DNA of 64,000 nucleotides from a virus (IMGVR_UViG_3300023178_000030:14963-78962), one strand, 5' to 3'. Positions 20,443-29,888 are shown, counted from the first letter of the stretch. Made by a program: numbers and translations. The notes: generated by a model from the letters alone, not told the origin.

Positions 20443-20706
20443 ATGAAAGAAAACAAATACAGACACAATCCATCTAAACCTAAAGGTATCATACGAGGTA
20501 TTCGTGTAGATGTTAAAGGTGATGATGTAACTGGTGCATTAAGAGTTTTAAAGAAACGAGTTGCAAAAGGTGGTATCTTACAAGATATCAGAGATAAAAG
20601 TTTTTTTGAATCTAAAGGAACAAAACGCAGAAAGATGGAAGCTGCTGGTGCTAGAAGATTTCAAAGAAAAATGGAAAAACTAAAGTCTTTAGGTTATGGC
20701 AGGTAA
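20443..20706 (+). CDS. rpsU: Ribosomal protein bS21
   Basis: VDVKGDDVTGALRVLKKRV...FFESKGTKRRK..AAG.RR. Confidence 0.85.
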   Translation: MKENKYRHNPSKPKGIIRGIRVDVKGDDVTGALRVLKKRVAKGGILQDIRDKSFFESKGTKRRKMEAAGARRFQRKMEKLKSLGYGR

Positions 20707-21169
20707 AAGAAAAATGTCTCCTGAACAAAGGGAGGCCGCAATTGAGAGATTGAGAATTGCAAGAGAAAAGCGATTAAAAGAAAATCCACCAGAATATAAA
20801 TCTATTCATCCATCTGTTCTTGCAAGAGATGAAGATGACCCATTTTCATTTAAGAATGTAAAAGAATATATTAAAGTTCAGAAAGAAGCTTTGCGTTCAG
20901 AAAAGAGTTCTTTAATGAGAGATAGAAACTTACAAAGAATATCTGATATAGAAGGTTACATTAGAATGTTAAACAGTTATCTATCTGATGGTATATGGGT
21001 AAGTAATTATGTCGGCCCTGAAGAAAATAGAAAAGTTATTTGGAAGTGTATTGCACCTGCATACAATGATGATGGTAGTATAAAAAGAGTTGTAAATGTA
21101 TACTATGAAGATATTGATGCAGTATGGACAAAAGAAATGGATTACGATTATTACTCTAATAATTCTTGA
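20696..21169 (+). CDS. Conserved hypothetical protein
   Basis: ERLRIARE...IHPSV...YLSDG.W. Confidence 0.7.
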   Translation: MAGKRKMSPEQREAAIERLRIAREKRLKENPPEYKSIHPSVLARDEDDPFSFKNVKEYIKVQKEALRSEKSSLMRDRNLQRISDIEGYIRMLNSYLSDGIWVSNYVGPEENRKVIWKCIAPAYNDDGSIKRVVNVYYEDIDAVWTKEMDYDYYSNNS

Positions 21170-21203
21170 CGCATATATATAATTGAAGTGATTGGAATAT
21201 AAA

Positions 21204-22064
21204 ATGATATTAGTTGATACAAACCAAGTGATGATATCTAATTTGATGATGCAAATTAGTGCATCTAAAAATAATGATATTGAAGAAGATTTAGTTCGAC
21301 ATATGACACTTAATTCTATAAGGACATATCGTTCTAAATTTAATGAAAGATTTGGTGAAATTGTATTATGTTATGATAATAGAAAAGTATGGCGTAGAGA
21401 AGTATTTCCTAATTATAAATTCAATCGTAAGAAAGATAGAGAAAAGTCTGAACACGATTGGAATTTAATTTTTGAAACATTTACGAATATTCGTAGTGAA
21501 TTGAAAGAAGTATTTCCTTACAAAGTTATTGAAGTCGAAGGTGCAGAAGCCGATGACATCATTGCAACAGTTGTTAGTGATGTCAATAAAAGAGGTGGTC
21601 TGGAACAAGTTTTGATATTATCAAGTGACAAAGATTTCATTCAACTACAAAAACACTCATTTGTAAAACAATACAGTCCAATGGCAAAGAAATTTGTTAA
21701 TGGTATGAATCCTTTAACTTATATAAAAGAACATATAATTAAGGGAGATAGAAGTGATGGTATACCTAACTTTTTATCACCAGACAATTGTTTTGTAGAT
21801 GGTTTAAGACAGAAACCTATTACAAAGAAAAAACTGAGCACTTGGGTTGAATTAGAACCAGATGAGTTTTGTAGTAATGAAACTATTTTGAGAAACTATC
21901 AAAGAAATAGAACACTAATTGATTTTGACTATATACCAGAAGAAATACAAACAAAGATTATGAAAGAATTTGATAAGAAGCCTGTTGGTGATAGAAGTAA
22001 AATATTGAATTATTTCATATCTAAAAAATTAAAAAATTTAATTCAAGATATTGGAGACTTTTAA
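21204..22064 (+). CDS. rnh: T4-like RNase H (5'-3' exonuclease)
   Basis: ILVD, YKFNR, EADDII, SSDKDFIQL, GDRSDGIPN. Confidence 0.93.
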   Translation: MILVDTNQVMISNLMMQISASKNNDIEEDLVRHMTLNSIRTYRSKFNERFGEIVLCYDNRKVWRREVFPNYKFNRKKDREKSEHDWNLIFETFTNIRSELKEVFPYKVIEVEGAEADDIIATVVSDVNKRGGLEQVLILSSDKDFIQLQKHSFVKQYSPMAKKFVNGMNPLTYIKEHIIKGDRSDGIPNFLSPDNCFVDGLRQKPITKKKLSTWVELEPDEFCSNETILRNYQRNRTLIDFDYIPEEIQTKIMKEFDKKPVGDRSKILNYFISKKLKNLIQDIGDF

Positions 22065-22065
22065 G

Positions 22066-22527
22066 ATGGCAGTACAAAACTACACACCCTTAATTTCTGA
22101 AGTATTAACGAAAGTTAATAATGCAAAAGTTAAAGACAAAAAAATTAAAGTGTTACAAGAACACGATTCACAAGCGTTAAGAATGATTATCAAATCATCT
22201 TTCGATCCAAAGATAGAATGGATAGTTCCTAAAGGTGAAGTTCCTTACATTAAGAACGAAGCACCTGAAGGAACTGAACATACTCTATTATCAAAAGAAG
22301 CTAAAAAGTTATATCGTTTCATTAAAGGTGGTGACGATAAAACACCTATCTTCAAAAGAGAACAAATGTTTATTCAAATGTTAGAAGGTCTACATGATTC
22401 TGAAGCACAAGTTGTAATCAATGCAAAAGATAAAAGATTACATCAAGTTTATAAAGGTTTATCAGAGAATGTAGTCAAAGAAGCGTTTGGTTGGAACGAT
22501 AACTATATGCAAGAGGTGAAAAAATGA
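22066..22527 (+). CDS. Conserved hypothetical protein (DUF6433-like)
   Basis: KREQMFIQMLEGLH motif; position after rnh. Confidence 0.7.
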   Translation: MAVQNYTPLISEVLTKVNNAKVKDKKIKVLQEHDSQALRMIIKSSFDPKIEWIVPKGEVPYIKNEAPEGTEHTLLSKEAKKLYRFIKGGDDKTPIFKREQMFIQMLEGLHDSEAQVVINAKDKRLHQVYKGLSENVVKEAFGWNDNYMQEVKK

Positions 22528-23108
22528 TAGGAAAAACTATACCTGGCGTATTTTTGTATATGAGAGTAAGAGATGAATCTATTGGTGGAGATAATCCATA
22601 CAAATGGGAACATAGATTTACTCACAATATTTTCAAAGATAAACGAGTTGTATTGTTTAGTTTGCCTGGTGCATTTACACCAACTTGTTCAACATTTCAA
22701 TTACCAAACTTTGAAAAGTTATATGACTTTTATATGAAAGAAGGTATTGACGAAATTTATTGTATGTCAGTAAATGATGCATTTGTTATGAACGCATGGG
22801 CAAAAGCTCAAGAAATCAAAAATGTAAAAGTATTACCTGATGGTAATGGACAATTTACTAGATTAATGGGTATGTTAGTTGATAAACATAATCTAGGTTT
22901 TGGTATGAGGTCTTGGAGATATGCGTGTGTGATTGATAATAATAAAATAAAATTATGGTTTGAAGAGCCTGGTTTCAAAGATATTGCAGAAGATGATCCA
23001 TATGGTGAAACAGACCCTGAACATATTCTAAAATCAATCATGGAAGAAAATGAAAAAGAATATCCTCACATAAGTGAATTCACAACAGAAGGAGAAAAGT
23101 ATACATGA
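22524..23108 (+). CDS. Peroxiredoxin (Prx5 family)
   Basis: LPGAFTPTCS, SVNDAFVM.AW, GMRSWRY. Confidence 0.93.
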   Translation: MIGKTIPGVFLYMRVRDESIGGDNPYKWEHRFTHNIFKDKRVVLFSLPGAFTPTCSTFQLPNFEKLYDFYMKEGIDEIYCMSVNDAFVMNAWAKAQEIKNVKVLPDGNGQFTRLMGMLVDKHNLGFGMRSWRYACVIDNNKIKLWFEEPGFKDIAEDDPYGETDPEHILKSIMEENEKEYPHISEFTTEGEKYT

Positions 23109-23566
23109 AGTTAAGTAAAAATTTCTCATTACATGAGATGACAAAGTCAGAAACAGCGTTAAGAAAAGGACTTGACAATACGCCTGGTGAAACTGAAGAA
23201 AATAATTTAAAAGCATTATGCGAAAATGTTTTACAAAAAGTCAGAGATGAGTTTGGCCCTACAAAAGTTAATTCTGGTTTTAGACACCCAGATGTAAATT
23301 CAGCTGTTGGTGGTTCAAAGACATCAGATCATTGCAAAGGTATGGCCGCAGATATAGAAGTACCTGGCGTTGCAAATGGTGATCTAGCTCAATGGATTGT
23401 TGACAACTGTGAATTCAGACAAGTAATCCTAGAGTTCTATACACCAGGCATACCAGATTCAGGTTGGGTTCATGTATCATACAATCCTGATGACAATAAG
23501 AAACAAATCTTAACTGCAATGCGTGAAAACGGTAGAACAGTTTACAAGGTAGGTTTAATCAAATAA
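23105..23566 (+). CDS. Peptidase M15A endolysin
   Basis: LSKNFSL, SGFR, S.H..G.AAD, WVHVSY. Confidence 0.9.
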   Translation: MKLSKNFSLHEMTKSETALRKGLDNTPGETEENNLKALCENVLQKVRDEFGPTKVNSGFRHPDVNSAVGGSKTSDHCKGMAADIEVPGVANGDLAQWIVDNCEFRQVILEFYTPGIPDSGWVHVSYNPDDNKKQILTAMRENGRTVYKVGLIK

Positions 23567-23573
23567 CACTATA

Positions 23574-23624
23574 AGGGTCAGTCTTTCTTTTCTCTCTCAA
23601 CTCTCTCTATATGAGATTGACCCT
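23574..23624 (+). ncRNA. Candidate stem-loop RNA with pyrimidine-rich (CU-repeat) loop
   Basis: AAGGGTCAGTCT pairs with AGATTGACCCTT around TTCTTTTCTCTCTCAACTCTCTCTATATG. Confidence 0.45.
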
Positions 23625-23647
23625 TCCTTTACTCTTTAGGTGATAAT

Positions 23648-24058
23648 ATGAATTATATTAACATTACTGGTGGTAAAAAATATCAAAGAGATATTGCACT
23701 AAAAGTAATTCGTTATATGATTTATGTATTGCTTCCAAAAATAAAAGTCATTGATATTGAAGTTGTTTTCAAAACAATTAAAGAATCTTATGGTTATGCA
23801 ACACAATTAGACAATAGAGAATTTGAAATCGAGTTAGATAAAAATGTTTCTATTGTAGAATTAGTTGAAACATTATGTCATGAGATGGTTCACATTCGAC
23901 AATATGTTAGAAAAAAACTAAATGATTCAGGTACTAAATGGGATAATCAACAAATAAATTCAGAAGAAATAGACTATCATGACTTGCCGTGGGAGAAAGA
24001 AGCCTATAATTTAGAAGAAAAACTCACACAAATGGTATGGGATAACTATGTTATTTGA
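23648..24058 (+). CDS. HExxH metallopeptidase-like protein
   Basis: TLCHEMVHIRQ, PWEKEA. Confidence 0.75.
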   Translation: MNYINITGGKKYQRDIALKVIRYMIYVLLPKIKVIDIEVVFKTIKESYGYATQLDNREFEIELDKNVSIVELVETLCHEMVHIRQYVRKKLNDSGTKWDNQQINSEEIDYHDLPWEKEAYNLEEKLTQMVWDNYVI

Positions 24059-24128
24059 TAAGTCCTTGATTTTAAACAAATCTTTTTTGGTATTTTGTAT
24101 TGACAACAAGTCAATTTTCTGTCATAAT
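24059..24128 (+). promoter_or_regulatory. IHF-site-linked sigma70 promoter, copy 1
   Basis: TAAGTCCTTGATT at 24059, TTGACA at 24100, CATAAT at 24123. Confidence 0.8.
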
Positions 24129-24159
24129 ATTCATATATTAATAAGAAAGAGAGAATATT

Positions 24160-24423
24160 ATGAAAAAAATAACAAAAAAAATGAGTGAACTAGGTGGTTG
24201 GATAGGTATGATATTGATTCATAGTGCAACATTACCAACATCAGTTAGTGTAATATTAGGTAAATCAACTAACTTACCACCACTTAACATGGTATTGTTA
24301 ATATGGACTGGATTGTTCTTATTTTTATTAAGAGCCATTCAGAGAAAAGATACATTATACATTGTATCAAATTCTGTTGGATTTTTCTTCAACACAATTT
24401 TATTATCATTAATCGTTTACTAA
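24160..24423 (+). CDS. 3-TM membrane protein, SemiSWEET/PQ-loop-like
   Basis: GWIG...LP in helix 1, W in helix 2, N in helix 3; 87 aa. Confidence 0.6.
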   Translation: MKKITKKMSELGGWIGMILIHSATLPTSVSVILGKSTNLPPLNMVLLIWTGLFLFLLRAIQRKDTLYIVSNSVGFFFNTILLSLIVY

Positions 24424-24434
24424 AGGAGAGAGAT

Positions 24435-24623
24435 ATGTTACCAATTATACCAGAAAGACTTATTGGAATAGATAAAAATTTTGTTGCATACAAATATATT
24501 GCAGATGCAATTAAGTTGTTAGAACAACAAATTAAAAAAGAATCTGATCCTGAAAAAAAGAAAAATTATATTTTTCAACAATCAGAGTTAGATAAATTTC
24601 TTAACAAAGAATTTCCATACTAG
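24435..24623 (+). CDS. Hypothetical protein
   Basis: RBS AAGGAG; start MLPIIP. Confidence 0.6.
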   Translation: MLPIIPERLIGIDKNFVAYKYIADAIKLLEQQIKKESDPEKKKNYIFQQSELDKFLNKEFPY

Positions 24624-24631
24624 GAGTTATC

Positions 24632-24772
24632 ATGTTAAAATTTATTGTAGGTATTTTAATTGGTATCACTATCTCAACAAACTATCCATCTGTTGGTAGT
24701 GATTTGGCAAATGTGTTTTATAATCTTTTTAATGAAATAAAAGAAGATTTAGAGATAGAGGAGAATGTATAA
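24632..24772 (+). CDS. Small membrane-anchored protein (46 aa)
   Basis: RBS AGGAG; MLKFIVGILIG. Confidence 0.55.
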   Translation: MLKFIVGILIGITISTNYPSVGSDLANVFYNLFNEIKEDLEIEENV

Positions 24773-25026
24773 TGTTTCTAGTAAAAATGGAATTAACATC
24801 AATTAAGGGTAAAGAAACTTTTTATCAATATTTTACTATTAGTAGAAAAATTTCTGACGAAGAAATTATTAAAGTAATTTATGATGATAGAGTTACAATG
24901 GATTTTGAATCTTATATTCTCAATAATAAATTTAGAATTAATGTTGCAAGGGTTGACAAAGTACATGGCAATGATGTACACTATCTAAATAGATATGGAG
25001 TTATAGAGGGTTCAAAAATATGTTAA
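24772..25026 (+). CDS. Hypothetical protein
   Basis: RBS GAGGAG; coupled start. Confidence 0.6.
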   Translation: MFLVKMELTSIKGKETFYQYFTISRKISDEEIIKVIYDDRVTMDFESYILNNKFRINVARVDKVHGNDVHYLNRYGVIEGSKIC

Positions 25027-25532
25027 AAGAATTAATACTATCAACATTGTTGTATACACCTGTTGTAGATTCTGATGACTTGCATAAAGAAATATCTTGC
25101 ATGACACATAATGTATATCATGAGGCTAGAAATCAAGGAACGGCAGGTAGACTTGCAGTTATGGCTGTAACAATCAATAGAGTAAATGACGAAAGATTTC
25201 CAAATACAATTTGTGATGTCGTTTACGAAGGTGAACATAGAAAACACCCAACAGAAGATAGATTGAAACCTATTATTAATAGATGTCAGTTTAGTTGGTA
25301 TTGTGATGGTTTACCTGACAGTATAAAGTATCCACAAATCTGGCATGAGATTTACACACTTGCAGAAAAAGTAGTTGAAGGTGAATACAGAGTTCCTGAC
25401 ATTACTGATGGTGCAACACACTATCATGCAGATTATGTTTACCCATCTTGGGCAGATACTAAAACAAAAACTATTGAAATACAAGATCATATTTTTTATC
25501 GTTGGGAACAAAATACTAAAAAAGATTTTTGA
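25020..25532 (+). CDS. SleB-like cell wall hydrolase (Hydrolase_2)
   Basis: NVYHEAR, NRV...FPNTIC.VV, CQFSW, GATHYHA, HIFY. Confidence 0.9.
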   Translation: MLKELILSTLLYTPVVDSDDLHKEISCMTHNVYHEARNQGTAGRLAVMAVTINRVNDERFPNTICDVVYEGEHRKHPTEDRLKPIINRCQFSWYCDGLPDSIKYPQIWHEIYTLAEKVVEGEYRVPDITDGATHYHADYVYPSWADTKTKTIEIQDHIFYRWEQNTKKDF

Positions 25533-25558
25533 AATATTAATTGAAATGAGAGGTAAGT

Positions 25559-25897
25559 ATGAGTGAATCAAATTGTTACTTTACAAGGTCAAATTATTTT
25601 GGGCCAAGAAATAAGTCAGGATATCATTATTATATAACTGAATGTAATTGTAGAAATAAACATGAAATTGGTGAGTTAAATCTTGCTGGAAAAAATTATC
25701 TCTACAAAAACAAAAAAGGTAAAATTGTTGTTGGTTATCATTCTTTTACAAATGATGGTGAAGAAAATCCATTATATAAAAAAATTGCAAAAATACAGTA
25801 TGATGTTTTTAAAAAAATATTTAAAGGTGATAAAAGTTTTTTGGCTACAAAACCTTTTTATGAAAAAGTTGATGAATTAGTTAGAGAGAAGATATGA
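25559..25897 (+). CDS. Hypothetical protein
   Basis: RBS GAGG; 112 aa. Confidence 0.6.
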   Translation: MSESNCYFTRSNYFGPRNKSGYHYYITECNCRNKHEIGELNLAGKNYLYKNKKGKIVVGYHSFTNDGEENPLYKKIAKIQYDVFKKIFKGDKSFLATKPFYEKVDELVREKI

Positions 25898-26451
25898 ATT
25901 ATTTTATATTAGATGAAGATATTAGAAAAGCCGCACAGTATCATTTAGATAAACACATTGTAAAGATGCCTACTGAAACAATGCAGTTACTAGGAACTGC
26001 ACATAGAATGATTGATGGTAATGTTTATGTCACTTGGAACAAAAGAGGTGCAAGAATGACAAAGTATTATCTTAATGATGGTAGACAAGATATCATTTCT
26101 AAATGTGGTCATCACAAACATCCATGTCAAATATGGTTACAAGAATCAGCAGATAACTACGATTGGTTGTTTGAATTTATGTTAGAGTTATGTAAAGAAT
26201 ACACATATCGTTATGGAAAGATTCATGGTGTAGAAAAGAAATCTTATCTATATAAAGATGCACCAAAGAATTTACCTAGAATTGGTTTGACACCATTTAA
26301 GATTGCAATACAACATCAAGACATCAAAGACGAATTTGCAATACATAAAAATGTTGTTAAAGCTTACAGAGAATACTATATATTATATAAGAAACATATT
26401 GCAAAGTGGACTAAAAGGCAAATACCAAACTGGTTTATACCACAGACATAG
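25894..26451 (+). CDS. Pyrimidine-dimer DNA glycosylase (DenV)-like protein
   Basis: HLDKHIVKM, HPC..W, EYTYRYGKIH, YREYY. Confidence 0.75.
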   Translation: MNYFILDEDIRKAAQYHLDKHIVKMPTETMQLLGTAHRMIDGNVYVTWNKRGARMTKYYLNDGRQDIISKCGHHKHPCQIWLQESADNYDWLFEFMLELCKEYTYRYGKIHGVEKKSYLYKDAPKNLPRIGLTPFKIAIQHQDIKDEFAIHKNVVKAYREYYILYKKHIAKWTKRQIPNWFIPQT

Positions 26452-26460
26452 GAGAATACT

Positions 26461-26634
26461 ATGAAAGTAATAACTCAAGAGGAAATTTTTAGAAAAGAAA
26501 TTGCAAGTTTAAATAAACAATATTATGATGCACTCAAACGAATTAAACAGTTAACAAAAGAGAATCATGATTTAAAACACAATATAATTCGTTCAAGGAA
26601 GAAAGGAAAAAATGCCGACTTACAAATTTTATGA
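26461..26634 (+). CDS. Small coiled-coil protein (57 aa)
   Basis: RBS AGGAG; not in ORF track. Confidence 0.55.
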   Translation: MKVITQEEIFRKEIASLNKQYYDALKRIKQLTKENHDLKHNIIRSRKKGKNADLQIL

Positions 26635-26923
26635 TTCAGAAACAAAAGAAACATTTGAAGACTTTCTATCAATATCTACTAAAGACGAATTGTTAGAAAA
26701 GAATCCACACATAAAACAATTACCAACATCTTTTGGTATTGTATCAGGTGTGGGTACAATACAAGGTAAAACTTCCCAAGGATTTAAAGAAGTCTTATCT
26801 AAAATATCAGAAGCACATCCTGATAGTCCACTTGCACAATCACATGGTACTAATAAAAGTATTAAAGATATAAAAACTCAAGCAGTTTTAAACAAACATA
26901 GAAAGAAATGGAAGAATCAATAA
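26612..26923 (+). CDS. FmdB-like protein
   Basis: MPTYKF...NPHIKQ...GFKEVL..I...HP; usual position before phoH. Confidence 0.7.
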   Translation: MPTYKFYDSETKETFEDFLSISTKDELLEKNPHIKQLPTSFGIVSGVGTIQGKTSQGFKEVLSKISEAHPDSPLAQSHGTNKSIKDIKTQAVLNKHRKKWKNQ

Positions 26924-26924
26924 C

Positions 26925-27011
26925 AGAGAGGACAATCGAGATTTACTTCAGCACCCTCAACTAGAGAAAGTAAGCTGTGAAGCCTCTCCGATTATGTCCT
27001 CTCTCTTTTTT
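26925..27011 (+). ncRNA. Candidate structured RNA / attenuator upstream of phoH
   Basis: AGAGAGGACA-ATCG pairs with CGAT-TATGTCCTCTCT; internal helices; 3' U-tract. Confidence 0.55.
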
Positions 27012-27029
27012 AAAGGAAGTATAATATAA

Positions 27030-27728
27030 ATGGCAAAAGCAAAAGATATAAAACTAGATCAAATGGTTACAGTTAAACCAATAACTGATAATCAAAAATT
27101 AGCATTTGAATCATACGAAGAAGGTAAAAACTTATTTCTGTATGGTGCGGCTGGAACTGGTAAAACATTTGTATCATTGTATCTTGCATTACAAGATGTA
27201 TTAAGTTATGATAACAATTACGAATGTGTTTATCTGGTTCGTAGTGCAGTACCTACAAGAGAAATAGGATTCTTGCCTGGCGATGAAGAAGATAAAACTG
27301 CATTATTTCAGATACCATATCAAAACATGGTACGATTTATGTTTGAACAACCAAACGAAATTGCATTTATGCAGTTATATGATAGATTAAAAAATCAAGG
27401 AAGTCTTTATTTTTTGACTACATCATTCTTAAGAGGTATTACATTAGACAATGCAATAATTATTGTAGATGAATGTCAGAATCTAAACTTCCACGAATTG
27501 GATTCTATAACAACTAGAGTTGGACAAGACAGTAAAATAATATTCTGTGGAGATTTCTTTCAATCAGATTTAACAAAACAAAGTGATAGAGATGGAATGT
27601 CTAGATTTTTAAGAATATTAGAATCAATGGAACAATTTGAAAACATTGAATTTTCAGTTGGCGATATCGTTCGCTCTGGATTTGTAAGAGATTATTTAAT
27701 TAACAAAATAAAATTAGGAATAGAATAA
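27030..27728 (+). CDS. phoH: PhoH-like ATPase
   Basis: GAAGTGKT, IGFLPG, RGITL, VDECQN, DIVRSG. Confidence 0.95.
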   Translation: MAKAKDIKLDQMVTVKPITDNQKLAFESYEEGKNLFLYGAAGTGKTFVSLYLALQDVLSYDNNYECVYLVRSAVPTREIGFLPGDEEDKTALFQIPYQNMVRFMFEQPNEIAFMQLYDRLKNQGSLYFLTTSFLRGITLDNAIIIVDECQNLNFHELDSITTRVGQDSKIIFCGDFFQSDLTKQSDRDGMSRFLRILESMEQFENIEFSVGDIVRSGFVRDYLINKIKLGIE

Positions 27729-27877
27729 TGGCTAGATTGCGATTTGATAAAAGTGTTTTTGAAACAAGATCAAGATTTAAAAAGACAGGTCAAGGTTCAA
27801 GTAGAAGAACATCACTACAAATGATGAATAAAAGTAAAAGAAAAAGTTTTAAAGCTTATAGAGGTCAAGGTAGATAA
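27728..27877 (+). CDS. Small basic protein (49 aa) ending YRGQGR, not in ORF track
   Basis: TAATG overlap; pattern typical of aquatic T4-like phages. Confidence 0.65.
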   Translation: MARLRFDKSVFETRSRFKKTGQGSSRRTSLQMMNKSKRKSFKAYRGQGR

Positions 27878-27882
27878 TTTAC

Positions 27883-27912
27883 TTGACAAAACTACAATAT
27901 ATTTGATATAAT
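27883..27912 (+). promoter_or_regulatory. sigma70 promoter
   Basis: TTGACA-18-TATAAT. Confidence 0.75.
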
Positions 27913-27941
27913 TTATATAATTTAATAAAGGTGAATACATT

Positions 27942-28613
27942 ATGTTTACACACAAAACATTTGAGTTACAAGATTTACAAACTAAAAACATAGATGGTAA
28001 AAGATTCTATGTCACACCAGATGATGAGTATTATCCATCAATCACAACTGTTTTAAGTCCAAGAAAATCTAAAGGTTTACAAGAATGGCGTGATAGAGTC
28101 GGTCCTCAAGTTGCATCTTATATTTCAAGAACAGCTGCTAGACGAGGTACACAAGTACATTCTATCTGTGAAGATTTTCTAAACAACAAATCAATTGAAC
28201 ATCATAAAGAAAACTTTCTTGCATGGTGTTTATTCAATCAATTAAAAGAAACCCTTACAAGTCGTATAAATAGTATACACGCACAAGAATGTGCGTTATA
28301 TAGCACCAAGTACAGGGTCGCAGGTAGAGTTGATTGTATTGCAGAATATAATAATGAGTTATCAATAATTGACTTTAAAACTTCTAGAAGTTCTAGAAAT
28401 GATGAATACAATTTAGATTATTATTTACAAGCTACTGCATATGCAGAAATGTGGGAAGAAAGAACAGGTCAACCTATCAATCAAATCGTGATTCTTGTAG
28501 TAACAGAAAACGGAGAGGTTCAAGAATTTGTAAAAGATAAAACTGAATATATACCACAACTTCTCCAGGCGATTGATGACTTTACTGTACAATGGGAAAA
28601 GGAGAAAGTATAA
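27942..28613 (+). CDS. PD-(D/E)xK exonuclease
   Basis: YPSITTVL, RGTQVH, AGRVDC, IIDFKTS, Q..AY. Confidence 0.88.
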   Translation: MFTHKTFELQDLQTKNIDGKRFYVTPDDEYYPSITTVLSPRKSKGLQEWRDRVGPQVASYISRTAARRGTQVHSICEDFLNNKSIEHHKENFLAWCLFNQLKETLTSRINSIHAQECALYSTKYRVAGRVDCIAEYNNELSIIDFKTSRSSRNDEYNLDYYLQATAYAEMWEERTGQPINQIVILVVTENGEVQEFVKDKTEYIPQLLQAIDDFTVQWEKEKV

Positions 28614-28843
28614 TGGGTATGTCCAGAACGCAACAAGCTTTAGAAGAATTAAAAGTTAAAGATATTAATTCCTACGAAGCACTTAAACATCTATGGGTAG
28701 ATTCTTTTAAAGGTGAATTCAATCATAAAGATGTAGAAGAATTTGTGGAAAAATACAAATTACTTGAACATGATGATATGGAAACAAAACATATCATTGA
28801 ATCGATTATTAGAAGCATACATGGAGTGGTAGGTGTACAATGA
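28613..28843 (+). CDS. Hypothetical protein
   Basis: RBS AAGGAG; coupled start. Confidence 0.6.
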   Translation: MGMSRTQQALEELKVKDINSYEALKHLWVDSFKGEFNHKDVEEFVEKYKLLEHDDMETKHIIESIIRSIHGVVGVQ

Positions 28844-29073
28844 AACTTGAAGAATTAACTGTTATGACACCAAAGAAGTTTTCTATACTAATTGAAGATT
28901 TAGTAAAGAAAGATAAAATATCCTACATGGATGCGATTGTTCATTATTGTCAGGTGAAAAAAATGGAGCCAGAGGCAATCAAACCTCTGGTTTCCAAACC
29001 TCTTAAAGAAAAACTCGAAGCAGACGCAAGAAGATTAAATTACTTACCAAAAATATCACAACTACCAATTTGA
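28840..29073 (+). CDS. gp33: Late transcription coactivator gp33
   Basis: F...IE.....SYMDAI..YC...LKEKLEADA..LN. Confidence 0.88.
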   Translation: MKLEELTVMTPKKFSILIEDLVKKDKISYMDAIVHYCQVKKMEPEAIKPLVSKPLKEKLEADARRLNYLPKISQLPI

Positions 29074-29079
29074 AAAATT

Positions 29080-29673
29080 ATGTACAATATTATGGAGCCG
29101 TGGGAAGCATATAAGATTTATCTAGGATTGAAATTACATTTCAATTCAGACTATGACTATCAAAGATATGGTGGTAAATCTAGAGCATCAAAACAATCAT
29201 TTTTAAATAGAAAAGACAGAAGTTTCTTCGCTCGTGTTGCAAGAAAGTATAAAGATTCTGTTAAAGATTTTTTTATTGCAAATTTTTTAGTAAATCAAAA
29301 AGGTTGGATTGGTAACTTTAATGATTTAAATTATACTGAATGGAATAAAAGAAAACAATCTTTAACATATACATTCAACAATGAGATGACTTCACTATGT
29401 CAACTTGAAAATAATTTTGATGACATTTTTAAAATAGAAAATAATACACACCCAATAATTATAAAAGAATTTTTAGCGAAACGAGTTAGTATAGAAACAT
29501 TAATTATTTTACAAGACTTGGTAAACTATATAAAAGATTTTGATAAAAAATTATCTGATGATTTGGTATGGCCAGACATAAGACGATTGATTGTCAAATA
29601 CTCGGTGTTTTTGAATATTGATATTCAAAAATGTAAGATTAACCTTTTGAAGATTATAAAGGAAAATTTATAA
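29080..29673 (+). CDS. gp59: Helicase loader gp59
   Basis: YLGLKLHF..YDY..Y.GK...RKD..FF; ISIETL-type motif. Confidence 0.85.
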   Translation: MYNIMEPWEAYKIYLGLKLHFNSDYDYQRYGGKSRASKQSFLNRKDRSFFARVARKYKDSVKDFFIANFLVNQKGWIGNFNDLNYTEWNKRKQSLTYTFNNEMTSLCQLENNFDDIFKIENNTHPIIIKEFLAKRVSIETLIILQDLVNYIKDFDKKLSDDLVWPDIRRLIVKYSVFLNIDIQKCKINLLKIIKENL

Positions 29674-29858
29674 TGTCAAATGAAGAAACGATAAGAGAAG
29701 CAGGTTTTTATCTTTCCCAAATCGACAAACTTCAAGCTCGTGTCAAGTCATTAGAATTTGACAATGCAGAACTGCAAAAACGAGATGCAGAAGTTACGAA
29801 GAAGATTCAGGAATTTACAAAAACTGCTTTCTTCAAGTACAGGAACAAGAGGGGTTGA
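29673..29858 (+). CDS. Small coiled-coil protein
   Basis: RVKSLEFDNAEL; coupled start. Confidence 0.6.
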   Translation: MSNEETIREAGFYLSQIDKLQARVKSLEFDNAELQKRDAEVTKKIQEFTKTAFFKYRNKRG

Positions 29859-29873
29859 CCCTCTCTTGTTTTT
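29844..29873 (+). terminator. Intrinsic terminator-like hairpin
   Basis: AACAAGAGGGG...CCCTCTCTTGTT followed by a T run. Confidence 0.55.
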
Positions 29874-29888
29874 AGAACAAGGATTATT

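Noticed and set aside
27942-28613. Cas4-like nuclease as part of a CRISPR system
   Set aside because: No array or other cas genes; standard phoH-linked exonuclease of T4-like phages
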